A stretch of 42,566 nt of DNA from Chiloscyllium plagiosum (lineage: Eukaryota). The stretch covers positions 6,093,831 through 6,136,396 of the forward strand of contig NC_057719.1 of the NCBI RefSeq assembly GCF_004010195.1. The letters are read 5' to 3'. Positions 23,301 through 36,400 of the stretch are shown piece after piece. Every line of letters begins with the position of its first letter. Within the stretch, counting starts at the first letter, position 1. The notes under the pieces are model-generated. The model searched no databases and was not told the origin of the DNA. It saw only the letters and a list, made by a program, of their open reading frames with translations. Both the position numbers and the translations under genes were made by a program.

Positions 23301-26300
23301 GACACACTGGTTATTGGATAGGCCTGCAGTCTGACACACTGCTTAACAGACAGACCCGCAGTCTGACACACTGATTATTGGACAGACACGCAGTCTGACA
23401 CACTGGTTATCGGATAGACCCGCAGTCTGACACACTGATTATCAGACAGACCCGCAGTTTGACACACGGAATATCGGACAGACCTGCATTCTGACACACT
23501 GGCTATCGGACAGACCCACAGTATGACACACTGATTACTGGACAGACCCACATTCTAACACACGGATTATTGGATCAACTCACAGTCTGACACACTGGTT
23601 ACAGGATAGATCCGCAGTCTGACACACTGGATATCGGAAAGACCCGCAGTCTGACACACTGATTATCAGACAGACCCGCAGTCTGACACACTGAATATCG
23701 GACAGACACGCAGTCTGACACACTGATTATCGGATAGACCTGCAGTCTGACACATTGATTATCGAACAGACCCACAGTCTGCCACATTGATTATCGGATA
23801 CACCCTCAGTCCGACACACAGATTATCGGATCGACCCGCATTCTGACACACTTTCTATTGGACAGACCCGCAGTCTGACACACTGGTTATCGGATAGACC
23901 CTCAGCCTGACACACTGATTATCGGACAGACTCGCAGTCTGACACACTGCTTAAAAGACAGATCCACAGTCTGACACACTGATTTTCGGACAGACCCGCA
24001 GTCTGAAACACTGGTTATTGGATAGACCTGCAGTCTGACACACTGATTATCGGACAGACTCGCAGTCTGACACACTGCTTAAAAGACAGATCCACAGTCT
24101 GACACACTGATTTTCGGACAGACCCGCAGTCTGAAACACTGGTTATTGGATAGACCTGCAGTCTGACACACTGATTATCGGATNNNNNNNNNNNNNNNNN
24201 NNNNCCTTTGGTTTGGAGGAAGTGGGAGGATTCAAAGGAGAATTTGTTAAGGGTGAGGACCAGTTCGGCCAAACTAATGAGAGTGTCGGTGGAGGGGTAC
24301 TGTTGGGAACGTCTGGAGGGGAAAAAACGGAGGGCTTGGAGGCCCTGGTCATGGCGGATGGAGGTGTAGAGGGATTGGATATCCATGGTGAAGATGAGGC
24401 GTTGGGGGCCAGGGAAACAGAAGTCTTGGAGGAGGTGGAGGGCGTGGGTGGTGTCTCGAACGTATGTGGGGAGTTCCTGGACTAGGGGAGATAGCACAGT
24501 GTCGAGGTAGGTAGAAATGAGTTCAGTGGGGCAGAAGCATGCTGAGACAATGGGTCGGCCAGGGTGGCCAGGGTCGTGGATCTTGGGAAGGAGGTAGAAC
24601 CGGGCAGTGCGGGACAGACCCGCAGTCTGACACACTGGTTATCGGATGAACCCGCAGTCTTACACACTGAATATCGGACAGACCCGCAGTCTTACACACT
24701 GAATATCGGACAGACCCGCAGTCTGACACACTGATTATCGGACAGACCCGCAGTCTGACACACTGGTAATTGGATAAACCTGCAGTCTGACACACTGCTT
24801 AACAGACAGACCCGCAGTTTGACACACTGATTATCGGACAGACCCGCAGTCTGACACACTGAATATCGGACAGACCCACAGTATGACACATTAATTACTG
24901 GACAGACCCACATTCTACCACACGGGTTATTGGATCAACTTACAGTCTGACACACTGGTTACAGGATAGATCCGCAGTCTGACACACTGGATATCGGATA
25001 GACCCGCAGTCTGACACACTGATTATCGGACAGATCTGCAGCCTGACACACTGGTTATCGGATAGACCCGCAGTCTTACACACTGAATATCGGACAGACC
25101 CGCAGTCTGACACACTGATTATCGGAAAGACTCGCAGTCTGACACACTGATTATCGGGTCGACACGCAGTCTGCCACATTGATTCTCGGATCGAACCGCA
25201 GTCTGACACACTGGTTATAGGATAGACCCGCAGTCTGACACACTGATTATCGGATAGACCCGCAGTCTGACACACTGATTATCGGACAGACCCGCAGTCT
25301 GACACACTCATTATCGGATAGACCCGCAGTCTGACACACTGATTATCAGACAGACCCGCAGTCTGACACACTGATTATCGGATAGTGACGCAGTCTGACA
25401 CACGGATTATCGGATAGACCCGCAGTCTGACACACTGATTATCGGATCGATCCGCAGTCTGACACACTGATTTTCAGACAGACCCGCAGTCTGACACACT
25501 GATAATCGGACAGACACGCAGTCTGACACACTGATTACCGGATCGACCCGCAGTCTGACACACTGATTATCAGACAGACCCGCAGTCTGACACACTGATT
25601 ATCGGTCAGATCTTCAGTCTGACACACTGGTTATCGGATTAACCAGCAGTCTGACACACTGAATATCAGACAGACACGCAGTCTGACACACTGATTATCG
25701 GATAGACCCGCAGTCTGATACACTGGTTATCGGACAGACCCACAGACTGACACACTGGTTATTGGATAGACCTGCAGTCTGACACACTGATTATTGGACA
25801 GACCCGCAGTCTGACACACTGCTTAACAGACAGACCGGCAGTCTTACACACTGATTATTGGACAGACCCGCAGTCTGACACACTGGTTATCGGATAGACC
25901 CGCAGTCTGACACACTGATTATCAGACAGACCCGCAGTTTGACACACTGATTATCGGACAGACCCGCATTCTGACACACTGGCTATCGGACACACCCACA
26001 GTATGACACACTGATTACTGGACAGACCCACATTCTAACACACGGGTTATTGGATCAACTCACAGTCTGACACACTGGTTACAGGATAGATCCGCAGTCT
26101 GACACACTGGATATCGGATAGACCCGCAGTCTGACACACTGATTATCGGACAGACCCGCAGTCTGACACACTGATTATCAGACAGACCCGCAGTCTGACA
26201 CACTGAATATCGGGCAGACCCTCATTCTGACACATTGATTATCGGACAGATCTGCAGCCTGACACACTGGTTATCGGATAAACCCGCAGTCTTACACACT

Positions 26301-29300
26301 GAATATCGGACAGACCCGCAGTCTGACACACTGATTATCGGAAAGACTCGCAGTCTGACACACTGATTATCAGGTAGACACGCAGTCTGCCACATTGATT
26401 ATCGGATCGACCCGCAGTCTGACATACTGGTTATAGGATAGACCCGCAGTCTGACACACTGATTATCGGATAGACCCGCAGTCTGACAAACTGGTTATAG
26501 GATAGACCCGCAGTCTGACACACTGATTATCGGATAGACCCGCAGTCTGACACACTGATTATCGGATAGACCCGCAGTCTGACACACTGGTTATAGGATA
26601 GACCCGCAGTCTGACACACTGATTATCGGATAGACCCGCAGTCTGACACACTGATTATCGGATAGACCCGCAGTCTGACACACTGGTTATAGGATAGACC
26701 CGCAGTCTGACAAACTGGTTATAGGATAGACCCGCAGCCTGACACACTGATTATCGGATAGACCCGCAGTCTGACACACTGGTTATAGGATAGACCCGCA
26801 GTCTGACAAACTGGTTATAGGATTGACCCGCAGTCTGACACACTGATTATCGGATAGACCCACAGTCTGACACACTGATTATCGGACAGACCCGCAGTCT
26901 GACACACTGATTATCAGGTAGACACGCAGTCTGCCACATTGATTATCGGATCGACCCGCAGTCTGACATACTGGTTATAGGATAGACCCACAGTCTGACA
27001 CACTGGTTATAGGATAGACCCGCAGTCTGACACACTGATTATCGGACAGACCCACAGTCTGACACACTGATTATCGGACAGACACGCAGTCTGACACACT
27101 GATTATCGGATAGACCCGCAGTCTGACACACTGATTATCAGGCAGACCCGCAGTCTGACACACTGATTATCGGATCGGTCCGCAGTCTGACACACTGATT
27201 ATCGGATAGACCCACAGTCTGACACACTGATTATCAGACAGACCCGCAGTCTGACACACTGATTATCAGACAGACCCGCAGTCTGACACACTGATTATCG
27301 GACAGACACGCAGTCTGACACACTGATTACCGGATCGACCCGCAGTCTGACACACTGATTATCAGGCAGACCCGCAGTCTGACACACTGATTATCGGTCA
27401 GATCTTCAGTCTGACACACTGGTTATCGGATTAACCAGCAGTCTGACACACTGAATATCGGACTGACACGCAGTCTGACACACTGATTATCGGATAGACC
27501 CGCAGTCTGATACATTGATTATTGGACAGACCCGCACTCTGAGACACTGGTTATTGGACAGACCCACAGTCTGACACACTGATTATCGGATCGACCCACA
27601 GTCTGACACACTAGTTATAGGATAGACCCCCGTTCTGACACACTTTGTATCGGACAGACCCGCAGTCTGACACACTGATTATCGGTCAGACCCGCAGTCT
27701 GACACACAGATTATCGGACAGACCCGCAGTCTGACACACTGGTTATCGGATAAACCCTCAGCCTGACACACTGATTATTGGACAGACTCGCAGTCTGACA
27801 CAATGGTTATTGGATAGACCCGCAATCTGACACACTGATTATCGGATAGACCCGCAGTCTGACACACTGAATATCGGACAGACCCGCATTCTGACAGACT
27901 GGCTATCGGACAGACCCACAGTCTGACACACTGATAATCGGACAGACCCGCAGTCTGACACACTGGTTATTGGACAGACCCGCAGTCTGACACACTGATT
28001 ATCGGACAGACCCGCAGTCTGACACACTAATTATTGGATAGACCCGCAGTCTGACACACTGATTATCGGATCGACCCGTAGTCTGACACACTGGCTATAG
28101 GATGGACCCGCAGTCTGACACATTGATTATCGGACAGACGCACAGCCTGCCACATTGATTATCGGATGCACCCTCAGTCTGACACGCTGATCATTGGATA
28201 GACCCGCAGTCTGACACACTGATTATCGGATCGAACTGCAGTCTGACACACTGGTTATCGGACAGACCCGCAGTCTGACACACTGATTATCGGATAGGCT
28301 CGCAGTCTGACACTGATTATTGGCAGACCCGCAGTCTGACACACTGGTTATCAGATAGACCCGCTGTCTGACACAATGATTAACGGACACACCCGCAGTC
28401 TCAAACACTAATTATCGGATAGACCCGCTGTCTGACACAGTGATTATTGGATTTTTCCCGCAGACTGATACATTGATTATCGGATAGGCTCGCAGTCTGA
28501 CACACTGATTATTGGGCAGACCGCAGTCTTACACACTGATTATCGTGCAGACCCGCAGTCTGACACACTGGTTATTGGACAGACCCGCTGTCTGACCCAC
28601 TGATTATCGGACAGACCCGCAGTCTGACACAGTGATTATCGGAGAGACTCGCAGTCTGACACACAGATTATCAGACAGACCCGCAGTCTGACACACTGAT
28701 TATCGGATAGACCCGCTGTCTGACACAGGGATTATTGGATCATTCCGCTGTTTGACACATTGATTATCGGACAGATCTGCAGTCTGACACGCGGAATATC
28801 GGACAGACCTGCAGTCTGACACAGTGATAATCGGACAGACCCGCAGTCTGACACACTGATTATCGGACAGACCCGCAGTCTGACACACTGATTATCAGAC
28901 AGACCTGCAGTCTGACACATTGATTATCGGATAGACCCGCAGTCTGATACACTGATTATCGGACAGACCCGCAGTCTGACACATTGATTATCGGATACAC
29001 CCTCAGTCTGACACACTGTTTATCGGATTGACTACCAGTCTGACACACTGATTATCGGACAGACCCGCAGTCTGACACACTGATTATCGGACAGACCCGC
29101 AGTCTGACACACCATTAATTGGACAGACCCGCAATCTGACACACTCGTTATTGGATAGACCCGCAGTCTGACACACTGGTTATTGGATAGGCCCGCAGTC
29201 TGACACACTGGTTATTGGATAGACCCGCAGTCTGACACACTGGATATCGGGCAGACCTGCAATCTGACACACTGATTATTGGAACGTCCCGCAGTCTGAC

Positions 29301-29982
29301 ACACTGATTATCGGATAGACCCGCAGTCTGACACACTGATTTTCGGACAGACCCGCAGTCTGACACACTGATTATTGGACAGACCCACTGTCTGCCACAT
29401 TAATTATCGGATACACCCTCAGTCTGACACACTGATTATCGGATCGACCCGCATTCTGACACACTGATTATCGGACAGACACGCAGTCTGACACACTGAT
29501 TATCGGACAGATCTTCAGTCTGGCACACTGGTTATCGGATAAACCAGCAGTCTGACACACTGATTATCGGATAGTCCCGCAGGCTGATACACTGATTATT
29601 GGATAGATCCGCACTCTGACAATCTAGTTATTGGACAGACCCGCAGTCTGACACACTGGTTATCGAATAAACCCGCAGCCTGACACACTGAATATCGGAC
29701 AGATCCGCAGTCTGACACACTGATTATACGATAGACGCGCAGTCTGACACACTGGATATCGGACAGACCTGCAGTCTGACACACTGGTTATTGGATCGAC
29801 CCGCAGTCTGACACACTGCTTATCAGATAGACCCGCAGTCTGACACACTGCTTATCAGATAGACCCGCAGTCTGACACACTGATTTTTGGACAGACCCGC
29901 AGTCTGACACACTGATTATCAGACAGAACAACAGTCTGATGCGCTAATGATCGGACAGACCCGCAGTCTGACACACTGATTA
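17318..29982 (+). repeat. 32-bp tandem satellite, block 1 (~380 units)
   Basis: Head-to-tail CACACTGATTATCGGA(C/T)AGACCCGCAGTCTGA with point variants and no spacers; sharp left boundary. Confidence 0.98.
24205..24612 (-). mobile_element. Penelope-like element reverse transcriptase fragment within the satellite
   Basis: RTARFYLLPKIHDPGHPGRPIVS..TYVRDTTH..IFTMDIQSLYTSI..LAELVLTLNKFSF..FLQTK, open for ~135 codons; 3' side ends at a 21-N gap. Confidence 0.93.
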
Positions 29983-30482
29983 NNNNNNNNNNNNNNNNNN
30001 NNNNNNNNNNNNNNNNNNNNNNNNNNNNNNNNNNNNNNNNNNNNNNNNNNNNNNNNNNNNNNNNNNNNNNNNNNNNNNNNNNNNNNNNNNNNNNNNNNNN
30101 NNNNNNNNNNNNNNNNNNNNNNNNNNNNNNNNNNNNNNNNNNNNNNNNNNNNNNNNNNNNNNNNNNNNNNNNNNNNNNNNNNNNNNNNNNNNNNNNNNNN
30201 NNNNNNNNNNNNNNNNNNNNNNNNNNNNNNNNNNNNNNNNNNNNNNNNNNNNNNNNNNNNNNNNNNNNNNNNNNNNNNNNNNNNNNNNNNNNNNNNNNNN
30301 NNNNNNNNNNNNNNNNNNNNNNNNNNNNNNNNNNNNNNNNNNNNNNNNNNNNNNNNNNNNNNNNNNNNNNNNNNNNNNNNNNNNNNNNNNNNNNNNNNNN
30401 NNNNNNNNNNNNNNNNNNNNNNNNNNNNNNNNNNNNNNNNNNNNNNNNNNNNNNNNNNNNNNNNNNNNNNNNNNNNNNNNNN
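29983..30482. other. 500-N assembly gap at the satellite orientation switch
   Basis: Round-number N run, typical of a scaffold join. Confidence 0.95.
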
Positions 30483-33400
30483 TCAGTGTGCCAGACTGCG
30501 GGTCTATTCGATTATCAGTGTATCAGACTGAGGGTCTATCTGATAATCAGTGTGTCAGACTGCAGGTCTGTCCGATAGTCAGTGTGTCAGACTGCGGATC
30601 TGTCCTATAGTAAGTGTGTCAGACTGTGGGTCTATACGATTATCAGAGTGTCAGACAGAGGGTGTGTCCGATGATCAGTCTGTCAGAATGCGGGTCTATC
30701 CGATAAGCAGTGTGTCAGACTCTGCGTCTATCCGATAATCAATGTGTCAGTCTGTGGGTCTATCCAATAATCAGTGTGTCAAACTGCGGGTCTGTCTGAT
30801 AACCAGTGTGTCAGACTGCGGGTCTATCCTATAATCAGTGTGTCAGACTGCGGATCTGTCCTACAATCAGTGTGTCAGTCTGCGGGTGTGTCCGATAATA
30901 AGTGTGTGAGACTGAGGGTCTATTCGATAATCATTGTGCCAGACTGTGGGTTTATCCGATAATCAGTGTGTCAGACAGCAGGTCTGCCGATATCCAGTGT
31001 GTCAGACTTCAGGTCTGTCCGATAATCAGTGTGTCAGACTGCGGGTCTGTCCGGTAATCAGTGTGTCAGACTGCGAGCCTATCCGATAATCAGTGAGTCA
31101 GACAGTGAGTCTAACCTATTATCAGTGTGTCAGACTGCGGGTCTATATGATAATCAGTGTGTCAGACTGCGGGTCTATCCGATAATCAGTGTGTCAGACT
31201 GCGGGTCTGACCGATAATCAGTGTGTCAGACTGTGGGTCTGTCCGATAATCAGTGTGTCAGGCTGCGGGTTTATTCGATAATCAGTGTGTCAGACTGCGG
31301 GTCGATCCGATAATCACTGTGTCAGACTGCGGGTCTGTCTCTTAAGTAGTGTGTCAGACAGCGGATCTATCCGATAACCATTGTGTCAGACTGCGAATCA
31401 ATCCGATAATCAGTGTGTCAGACTGCGGGTCTGGCCAATAATCAGTGTGTCAGACTGCAGGTCGATTCAATAATCAGTGTGTCAGACTGCAGGTCGATTC
31501 AATAATCAGTGTGTCAGACTGCGTGTCGATCCAATAATCAGTGTGTCAGACTGCGGTTCTGTCTGTTAAGCAGTGTTCCAGACAGCAGGTCTATCCGATA
31601 ATCACTGTGTCAGACTGTGTCGATCCGATAATCAGTGTGTCAGACTGCGTGTCGATCCGATAATCAGTGTGTCAGACTGCGGGTCTGTCCGATAATCAGT
31701 GTGTCAGACTGAGGGTCTATTCGATTATCAGTGTATCAGACTGAGGGTCTATCTGATAATCAGTGTGTCATTCTGTGCGTCTGTCCAATAGTCAGTGTGT
31801 CAGACTGCGGATCTATCCTATAGTCAGTGTGTCAGACTGTCGGTCGATACGATTATCAGAGTGTCAGACTGAGGGTTTGTCCGATAATCAGTGTGTCAGT
31901 CTGCGGGTCTATCCTAAAATCAGTGTGTCAGACTGCGGATCTGTCCTATAATCAGCGTGTCAGTCTGCGGGTGTGTCCGATAATCAGTGTGTGAGACTGA
32001 GGGTCTATCCGATAACTAGCGTGTCAGATTGCGGGTCTATCCTATAATCAGTGTGTCAGACTGCGGGTCTATCCTAAAATCAGTGTGTGAGACTGAGGGT
32101 CTATTCGATAATCAGTGTGTCTGACTTTGGGTTTATCCGATAATCAGAGTGTCAGACTGCGGGTCTATCTGATAATCAGTGTGTCAGACTGTGGGTGTAT
32201 TCGATAATCAGAGTGTCAGACTGCGGGTCTATCTGATAATCAGTGTGGCAGACTGTGGGCATATTCGATAACCAGTGTGTCAGACTGCGGGTCTCTCCTA
32301 TAATCAGTGTGTCAGACTGTGGGTCTATTCAATAATCAGTGTGTCAGACTGCGGGTCAATCCGATAAACAGTGTATCAGGCTGTTGGACTATACATTAAT
32401 CAGTGTGTCAGACTGTGGGTGTATTCGATAAACAGTGTGTCAGACTGTGGGTCTATTCGATAATCATTGTGTCATACTCTGGATCTATCCAATAATAACT
32501 GTGTCAGACTGTGGGTCTATCCAATAATCACTGTGTCAGACTGTGGGTCTATCCGATATTCAGTGAGTCATTCAGTGGGTCTATCAAATTATCAGTGTGT
32601 CAGACTGCGGGTCTATACGATAATTAGTTTGTCCGACTCTGGGTCTATCCAATAATCACTGTGTCAGACTGCGGGTCTGTCCGATAATCCGTGTGTCAGA
32701 CTGCGGTTCTGTCTGTTAAACAGTGTGTCAAACTGCAGGTCTATCCGATAATCAGTGTGTCAGACTGAGGGTCTATCTGATAATCAGTGTGTCAGACTGC
32801 GGGTTGATCCAATAATCAGTGTGTCAGACTCTGGGTCTATCCGATAATTAATGTGTCAGTCTGGGGGTCTATCCAATAATCAGTGTGTCAGTCTGTGGGT
32901 TTATCCGATAACCAGTGTGTCAGAGGGCGGGTCTATCCGATAATCAGTGTGTCAGACTGCGGATCTGTCCGCAAAATAAGTGTGTCAGACTGCAGGTCTA
33001 TCCAATAATCAGTGTGTCAGACTGCGGCTCAGTCCGATAATCAGTGTGTCAGACTGCGGTTCTCTCTGTTAAGCAGTGTTCCAGACAGCAGGTCTATGCG
33101 ATAATCACTGTGTCAGACTGTGTGTCGATCCGATTATCAGTGTATCAGACTGAGGGTCTATCTGATAATCAGTGTGTCCGACTGTGGATCTATCCCATAG
33201 TCAGTGTGTCAGACTGTGGGTCTGTCCGATAATCAGTGTGTCAGACTGCGGGTCTATCCTATAGTCAGTGTGTCAGACAGCGGGTCTATTCGATTATCAG
33301 TGTATCAGACTGAGGGTCTATCTGATAATCAGTGTGTCCGACTGTGGATCTATCCAAAAGTCAGTGTGTCAGACTGTGGGTCTGTCCGATAATCAGTGTG

Positions 33401-36400
33401 TCAGACTGCGGTTCTGTCTGTTAAGCAGTGTGCCAGACAGCAGGTCTATCCGATAATCAGTGTGTCAGACTGCGGGTCTATCCGATAATCAGTGTGTCAG
33501 ACTGTGGTTCTGTCTGTTAAGCAGTGTTCTAGACAGTAGGTCTATCCGATAATCACTGTGTCAGACTGTGTGTCGATCCGATAATCCGTGTGTCAGACTG
33601 CGGGTCTATCCTATAGTCAGTGTGTCAGACTGCGGGTCTATTCGATTATCAGTGTATCAGACTGAGGGTCTATCTGATAATCAGTGTGTCAGACTGCGGA
33701 TCTATCCTATAGTCAGTGTGTCAGACTGTGGGTCTATACGATTATCAGAGTGTCAGACTGAGGGTCTGTCGGATAATCAGTGTGTCAGAATGCGGGTCTA
33801 TCCAATAATCAGTGTGTCAGACTCTGCGTCTATCCGATAATCAATGCGTCAGTCTGTGGGTCTATCCAATAATCAGTGTGTCAGACTGCGGGTCTATTCG
33901 ATTATCAGTGTNNNNNNNNNNNNNNNNNNNNNNNNNNNNNNNNNNNNNNNNNNNNNNNNNNNNNNNNNNNNNNNNNNNNNNNNNNNNNNNNNNNNNNNNN
34001 NNNNNNNNNNNNNTCTATCCTATAGTCAGTGTGTCAGACTGTGGGTCTATACGATTATCAGAGTGTCAGACTGAGGGTCTGTCTGATAATCAGTGTGTCA
34101 GAATGCGGGTCTATCCGATAAGCAGTGTGTCAGACTCTGCGTCTATCCGATAATCATTGCGTCAGTCTGTGGGTCTATCCAATAATCAGTGTATCAGACT
34201 GCGGGTCTATCCAATAATCACTGTGTCAGACATGCGGGTCTGTCCGATAATCAGTGTGTCAGACTGCGGGTCTGTCTGTTAAGCAGTGTTCCAGACCGCA
34301 GGTCTGTGCGATAATCACTGTGTCAGACTGTGTGTCGATCTGATAATCAGTGTGTCAGACTGCGGGTCTGTCCGATAATCAGTATGTCAGAATGCGGGTC
34401 TATCCTATAGTCAGTGTGTCAGACTGCAGGTCTATTCGATTATCAGTGTATCAGACTTCAGGTCTGTCCGATACTCAGTGTGTCTGACTGAGGGTGTATC
34501 CGATAATCAGTGTGGCAGACTGTGGGACTGTCCGATAATCAGTGTGTCAGACTGCAGGTCGGTCCGATAATCAGTGTGTCAGACTGCGGGTCTGTCCGGT
34601 AATCAGTGTGTCAGACTGCGAGCCTATCCGATAATCAGTGAGTCAGACAGTGGGTCTATCCTATTATCAGTGTGTCAGACTCTGGGTCTATCCGATAATC
34701 ACTGTGTCAGACTGTGGGTGCCTGTCCGATATTCAGTGTGTCAGACTGCGGGTCTATCCGATAATCAGTGTGTCAGACTGCGGTTCTGTCTGTTAAGCAG
34801 TGTGTCAGACTGCGGATCTGTCCTATAATCAGTGTGTCAGTCTGCGGGTGTGTCCGATAATCAGTGTGTGAGACTCAGGGTCGATTCGATAATCAGTGTG
34901 TCTGACTTTGGGTTTATCCGATAATCAGAGTGTCAGACTGCGGGTCTATCTGATAATCAGTGTGTCAGACTGTGGGTGTATTCGATAATCAGAGTGTCAG
35001 ACTGCGGGTCTATCTGATAATCAATGTGGCAGACTGTGGGCATATTCGATAACCAGTGTGTCAGACTGCGGGTCTCTCCTATAATCAGTGTGTCAGACTG
35101 TGGGTCTATTCAATAATCAGTGTGTCAGACTGCGGGTCAATCCGATAAACAGTGTATCAGACTGTGGGTCTATCCGATAATCAGTGTGTCAGACTGTGGG
35201 TCTATTCGATAATCAGTGTGTCAGACTGCGGTTCTGTCTGTTAAGCAGTGTTCCAGGCAGCAGGTCTATCCGATAATCACTGTGTCAGACTGTGTGTTGA
35301 TCCGATTATCAGTGTGTCAGACTGCGGGTCTGTCCGATAATCAGTGTGTCAGACTGCGGGTCTGTCCGATAATCAGTGTGTCAGACTGCGGGTCTATCCT
35401 ATAGTCAGTGTGTCAGACTGCGGGTGTATTTGATTATCAGTGTATCAGACTGAGGGTCTATCTGATAATCAGTGTGTCCGACTGCGGATCTATCCTATAG
35501 TCAGTGTGTCAGACTGTGGGTCTATACGATTATCAGAGTGTCAGACTGAGGGTCTGTCTGATAATCAGTGTGTCAGAATGCGGGTCTATCCGATAAGCAG
35601 TGTGTCAGACTCTGCGTCTATCCGATAATCAATGCGTCAGTCTGTGGGTCTATCCAATAATCAGTGTATCAGACTGTCCGAAAATCAGTGTGTCAGACTG
35701 CGGGTCTATCCAAGAATCAGTGTATCAGACTGCGGGTCTGTCCGAAAATCAGTGTGTCAGACTGCGGGTCTATCCGATAATCAGTGTGTCAGACTGCGGG
35801 TCTGTCCGATAATCAGTGTGTCAGACTGCGGGTCTATCCAATAATCAGTGTGTCAGACTGCGGCTCAGTCCGATAATCAGTGTGTCAGACTGCGGTTCTG
35901 TCTGTTAAGCAGTGTTCCAGGCAGCAGGTCTATGCGATAATCACTGTGTCAGACTGTGTGTCGATCCGATAATCAGTGTGTCAGACTGCGGGTCTGTCCG
36001 GTAATCAGTGTGTCAGACTGCGAGCCTATCCGATAATCAGTGAGTCAAACAGTGGGTCTATCCTATTATCAGTGTGTCAGACTGCGGGTCTATATGATAA
36101 TCAGTGTGTCAGACTGCGGGTCTGACCGATAATCAGTGTGTCAGACTGCGGGTCTGCCCGATAATCAGTGTGTTAGACTGCGGGTCTATCCGATAATCAG
36201 TGTATCAGACTGCGGTTCTGTCTGTTAAGCAGTGTGCCAGACAGCAGGTCTATCCGATAATCAGTGTGTCAGACTGCGGCTCAGTCCAATAATCAGTGTG
36301 TCAGACTGCGGTTCTGTCTGTTAAGCAGTGTTCCAGACAGCAGGTCTATCCGATAATCACTGTGTCAGACTGTGTGTCGATCCGATAATCAGTGTGTCAG

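Noticed and set aside
24015..24635. 206-aa satellite-RT fusion protein
   Set aside because: The ORF crosses an N gap and its ends are satellite translation.
17318..29982. Hammerhead-ribozyme satellite like newt satellite 2
   Set aside because: The unit has CTGATTA rather than CUGANGA and no conserved GAAA.
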